From: an uncultured bacterium
GTDB taxonomy: Bacteria; CSSED10-310
DNA length: 64,000 nucleotides
Assembly (NCBI GenBank): GCA_964512995.1
Contig: CAZELM010000009.1
Span: 21,510-85,509, forward strand
Direction: 5' to 3'
The notes under the pieces are model-generated. The model worked only from the letters and a program-made list of their open reading frames with translations. It did not search any database and was not told the DNA's origin. The first letter of the stretch is position 1. Every line of letters begins with the position of its first letter. The position numbers and the translations under genes were made by a program. This document shows positions 61,026 to 64,000 of the stretch, in pieces.

Positions 61026-61270
61026 ATCGGTCCTTTATCAACAAGGATATGGCATAGGAGCGATCATAATTGAATCCAGATGATTCGTCGAGAAGAAAAA
61101 AACAGGCAGGCAATCAGATTATCCGCATACCATTAAGCGTTAAGGAACAGAGATGCTGGACAACTACCTTACACTCGAGAACGCATAATTCGAAATCAGA
61201 CACATTGAAGACGAGTACCGGTTCGCACAGGGAGCCTTTGATATCCTGATCAAGGCGCTTCCTTCCATTG

Positions 61271-61534
61271 TCAGATGTCAATCTCGATTGCTTTTTTAGC
61301 ACAGCAAAACTTATATTTTTTTCCGCTTCCGCAGACACAGGGGCTGTAAACGTCGCTTGGGGTCATTTTTTCTTTTATGGCTTTCTTCAAATCAGTGATA
61401 TCTTCTGGTCTTTCAAGACCGATAATAAACTTGAATCCATATTTTTCACATAGTTCGGTTACCACCCTGAGCCGATGTTCTGTGGCGACCTTTAGCACAA
61501 GTGGTCGATCTTTTGTACCGAGTGTGTTGGTCAT
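61271..61534 (-). CDS. Small SEC-C motif protein (PBPRA1643-like)
   Basis: AAGGAGG RBS; LGTKDRPL..V; C-terminal CVCGSGKKYKFCC. Confidence 0.85.
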   Translation of the reverse strand: MTNTLGTKDRPLVLKVATEHRLRVVTELCEKYGFKFIIGLERPEDITDLKKAIKEKMTPSDVYSPCVCGSGKKYKFCCAKKAIEIDI

Positions 61535-61712
61535 GTTATACCTCCTTAAGTCAAAATATGACAAATTGATATCATATCTGCAATACAAAACCGAGTTCTT
61601 CTGAAAATCGAAAACACTTAACAGCTCGGCCGGAACTCTTTTCCCACTCATTGTCTGATAATTGATAAAATTTCACATCAGCTCAACAGGGAAAGGGTGT
61701 CCCCCACCCTAC

Positions 61713-61766
61713 CGGCACATCCCATCCGTGTAATCCAAACATCAGCGTAATCTGAGGTTCAGACAT
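61713..61766 (+). repeat. 54-bp direct repeat, copy 1
   Basis: CGGCACATCCCATCCGTGTAATCCAAACATCAGCGTAATCTGAGGTTCAGACAT; 50/54 identical to 62753..62806. Confidence 0.9.
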
Positions 61767-61825
61767 TTGCTCGTGATTGAACTGGCCGCATTTCTTTACA
61801 ACGGACCAAGATGGCCGGAGATTCT

Positions 61826-62542
61826 CTAATGGACAATTGCATGAACGTAGAATGATCTGTGAAGCGAGTCAGTTATCAGGAAATACATCCGATGGCTCTC
61901 CGGATCCCGATATGTATGGATTTCCGCGTCACTCCATGTATGAGGTAGAGGCCATCCCGAGTCGAACCATGTGAACCGTTCGAGCGCACATTCATTATTG
62001 TCATTTTTTCTGAACAGGTTGATATCATCGAGCGTCATGTCAGTATGCTCAAACGGATGAATCTGCATCAGTTTTTCTGCATCCACCGGGTCAAGTTCAA
62101 AATAAAAGATCCACTGATTTCCACCCATCAGGCTCCGTGCGATGTTCACTCTCAGGTTATTCAGGCTGTCAGGCACCGGATGGGTGATAATCCTGCTGAA
62201 TGTGCCTTCTGGTGTCAGGTTGTCATTTAGATTTATGAAAATAAAAAAAGCACAAAACAGAATTGCGGGTGCCAGCAGCCAGGCAGTACGAACCCGTTTC
62301 CATTTAAACCAGCGATACATCAAAGCTAAAAAAATGCTGTAGGGCAGGATTGCACAGCCCCATACAACGATTATAGCCATCAGATCCCAGGGTGTAATAA
62401 AGAATCCATCGATACCGTTAATCCAGCAGGCAAGCTGTACAACACCAAGACTGCTGAAGCAGATGATAAAGGATGCCGCTGTAACCAGAGCAAAATGGAA
62501 TGGCTTCGGATGTGCTCGCATAGTATCACAAATTCTCATCAA
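61826..62542 (-). CDS. Hypothetical membrane protein (3 N-terminal TM + soluble domain)
   Basis: 238-aa ORF lying between the two direct repeats. Confidence 0.6.
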   Translation of the reverse strand: MMRICDTMRAHPKPFHFALVTAASFIICFSSLGVVQLACWINGIDGFFITPWDLMAIIVVWGCAILPYSIFLALMYRWFKWKRVRTAWLLAPAILFCAFFIFINLNDNLTPEGTFSRIITHPVPDSLNNLRVNIARSLMGGNQWIFYFELDPVDAEKLMQIHPFEHTDMTLDDINLFRKNDNNECALERFTWFDSGWPLPHTWSDAEIHTYRDPESHRMYFLITDSLHRSFYVHAIVH

Positions 62543-62752
62543 ACAATTGGCACGTTAAAAGAAATACACCCAAACCCACCAATGTTCTATACTGATTCGT
62601 TCCATTGGCTGAGAGTCAAATGTAATTCAATGGAGAAATTCCGTTTCATCGATCCATGACCCCACAACTCCAGCATAGCAGATGGTCCTCTCATTATAAA
62701 TGAACTGCGTCATGCCCGGACACCAACTCGATTGAGAAAAAAGACAAAGTAT

Positions 62753-62806
62753 CGGCACCTCCCATCGGTGTAATCCAATCATCAGCGTAATCTGTGGTTC
62801 AGACAT
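62753..62806 (+). repeat. 54-bp direct repeat, copy 2
   Basis: CGGCACCTCCCATCGGTGTAATCCAATCATCAGCGTAATCTGTGGTTCAGACAT. Confidence 0.9.
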
Positions 62807-62892
62807 CATCCCCTGGTCTGATGATTCGCTCAAATGATAGGGCAGGCTTTGTGAGATATCAGGTCGGATCAATCCGGGAAGGTTCAGCAGAG

Positions 62893-63222
62893 TCAGGGTG
62901 CAGCCATCTCCTGTAACACAGACAGTATCGTCTCTGATTGCTCCGGTTTCAATTTGCCTAAATTTTTGATTAATCGGGACTTGTCAATTGTTCGAATCTG
63001 ATCCAAAACAACCTGACCACTTTTACCGGCAAATCGAACCGGAATCCGGGTTGGATAGTCACGTCCCTTGGTGGTCATCGGTGCAATTATCACAGTCCGG
63101 ATATTCCGGTTCATTTCATCCGGAGAGATGACGACACAAGGTCTGGATTTCTGGATCTCGCTGCCAACGGTTGGATCCAGGTTTACCAGGAATACGTCGA
63201 ATCGTTTTATTTCCATTCCCAT
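62893..63222 (-). CDS. PemK/MazF family endoribonuclease toxin (intact)
   Basis: FLVNLDPTVGSEIQKSRPCVVISP, IIAPMTT, LDQIRTIDKSRL. Confidence 0.95.
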   Translation of the reverse strand: MGMEIKRFDVFLVNLDPTVGSEIQKSRPCVVISPDEMNRNIRTVIIAPMTTKGRDYPTRIPVRFAGKSGQVVLDQIRTIDKSRLIKNLGKLKPEQSETILSVLQEMAAP

Positions 63223-63464
63223 TCTTCTTCGTCAAATGAATGTTGTATTTCATCTATAGAGTCCAGTGAACCATCATCCTGTTTTTCCGCCATCACGGCA
63301 AATGATTCCTCCCATCCTGCACGCGGTTTTCTCGATGGCTGAATGATCAGACAGTCGCTCTCCACCAGAATCTCCACTTCATCATGCAATCCGGTTTGAT
63401 CCAGGAGAATTCTTGGAATCCGGATCCCTTGGGAATTTCCTATTTTTACAATTCTTGTCTTCAT
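63207..63464 (-). CDS. AbrB/MazE family antitoxin
   Basis: MKTRIVKIGNSQGIRIP, PRAGWEESF, FDEEEWEW. Confidence 0.93.
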   Translation of the reverse strand: MKTRIVKIGNSQGIRIPRILLDQTGLHDEVEILVESDCLIIQPSRKPRAGWEESFAVMAEKQDDGSLDSIDEIQHSFDEEEWEWK

Positions 63465-63477
63465 CGCATTGCCCACC

Positions 63478-63515
63478 TGTAATTACACAGTAGCAACCAC
63501 TGTATTTCGTGTCAA
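63478..63515 (-). promoter_or_regulatory. TA operon promoter with overlapping palindromic operators
   Basis: Minus strand TTGACA-N17-TACTGT; inverted repeat ACAGT-N7-ACTGT over the -10 and palindrome TGTAATTACA. Confidence 0.7.
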
Positions 63516-63725
63516 TATCAGATGCATGACTGTTTCAGGACCCAAAGGGCGTTGTCAGTCTTTCAATCCAGTGTTTGAATCAGCGATGATGTCGAGAACA
63601 GCAATTTCTGTCTTTTTCCAGCTTCAAATTAAGATTCCTTTGGACTTGTGGCCGATTTTGTTGTAAACAACTCCCTGCAGTAAATTGGATTGATCATCAA
63701 ACGGTGAAGAACGGAGAGTATGGTG

Positions 63726-64000
63726 ATGAGTGAAAAAAATGTTTCTGGTCTGATGGATAAAGTGACCGCTCTGTGTAAACGGCGGGGATTCATTTTCCCG
63801 TCATCGGAGATATATGGCGGATTGAATGGATTCTGGGACTATGGTCCTGCCGGCGCTCAGCTCAAACAGAATATCCGGGAAAGCTGGTGGACGGCACTGG
63901 TACGGAATGGGCACAAAGGTCCGGATGGTTCCAAATTCGATATTGTGGGTTTGGATGCGTCCATTGTCATGCACCCGGAGGTCTGGAGGGCATCGGGTCA
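63726..64000 (+). CDS. glyS: Glycine--tRNA ligase (homodimeric alpha2 type), 5' part; not in the ORF track
   Basis: [42 protein letters not shown]...[16 protein letters not shown]. Confidence 0.93.
   Translation, partial: MSEKNVSGLMDKVTALCKRRGFIFPSSEIYGGLNGFWDYGPAGAQLKQNIRESWWTALVRNGHKGPDGSKFDIVGLDASIVMHPEVWRASG

Noticed and set aside
61090-61270. Possible 6S RNA or gene remnant upstream of the helicase
   Set aside because: No convincing long hairpin or recognisable protein similarity by eye
61713-62806. Direct repeats as a CRISPR array or IS ends
   Set aside because: Only two close copies, 1040 bp apart, direct orientation, no cas or transposase gene
63520-63725. T-box leader upstream of glyS
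   Set aside because: No T-box consensus (AAGGTGGNACC-like) or terminator visible
1-64000. tRNA, rRNA, integrase or transposase genes
   Set aside because: No T-loop/cloverleaf, rRNA signature or DDE/tyrosine-recombinase motifs noticed; manual inspection only

Overview
Chromosomal window of a diderm, probably anaerobic bacterium. The lolCD-clpC-bamA order and a PT-linker secreted protein suggest an Acidobacteriota-related or candidate lineage, but this is inference only. 0-23 kb is mostly housekeeping envelope biogenesis: a zincin/PD40/Omp85 protein with two lipoproteins, glgA, a gspN-like gene, and a long minus-strand run nifU-ferredoxin-multiheme cytochrome-lnt-prfB-lolC/E-lolD-clpC-bamA-skp-lpxD-lpxA-gnnA-like. 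The ferredoxin is missing from the ORF track and prfB needs a +1 frameshift. 23-27 kb holds a histidine ammonia-lyase-like gene with an Ala-Cys-Gly (not Ala-Ser-Gly) MIO triad and an M61 peptidase. 27.5-31.7 kb is the most unusual block: an ECF sigma factor, a soluble ZAS anti-sigma fused to an excisionase-like HTH, and a soluble GspF/PilC-domain-GspE/PilB ATPase fusion, bracketed by two non-identical small-protein/nucleotidyltransferase pairs. Next come a TetR-TolC-RND-MFP efflux operon, two tandem paralogous membrane proteins with C39-like peptidase and TPR domains, pepD and a Thr-type sulfatase-like protein. 48-63.5 kb is a decaying defence/TA region. Three toxins and Mrr are disrupted while their antitoxins are intact, alongside an intact 2000-aa Hhe-like helicase-nuclease, an intact PemIK-type pair and short dispersed repeats. 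The window ends in the 5' part of glycyl-tRNA synthetase. No rRNA, tRNA, CRISPR array or transposase was seen.
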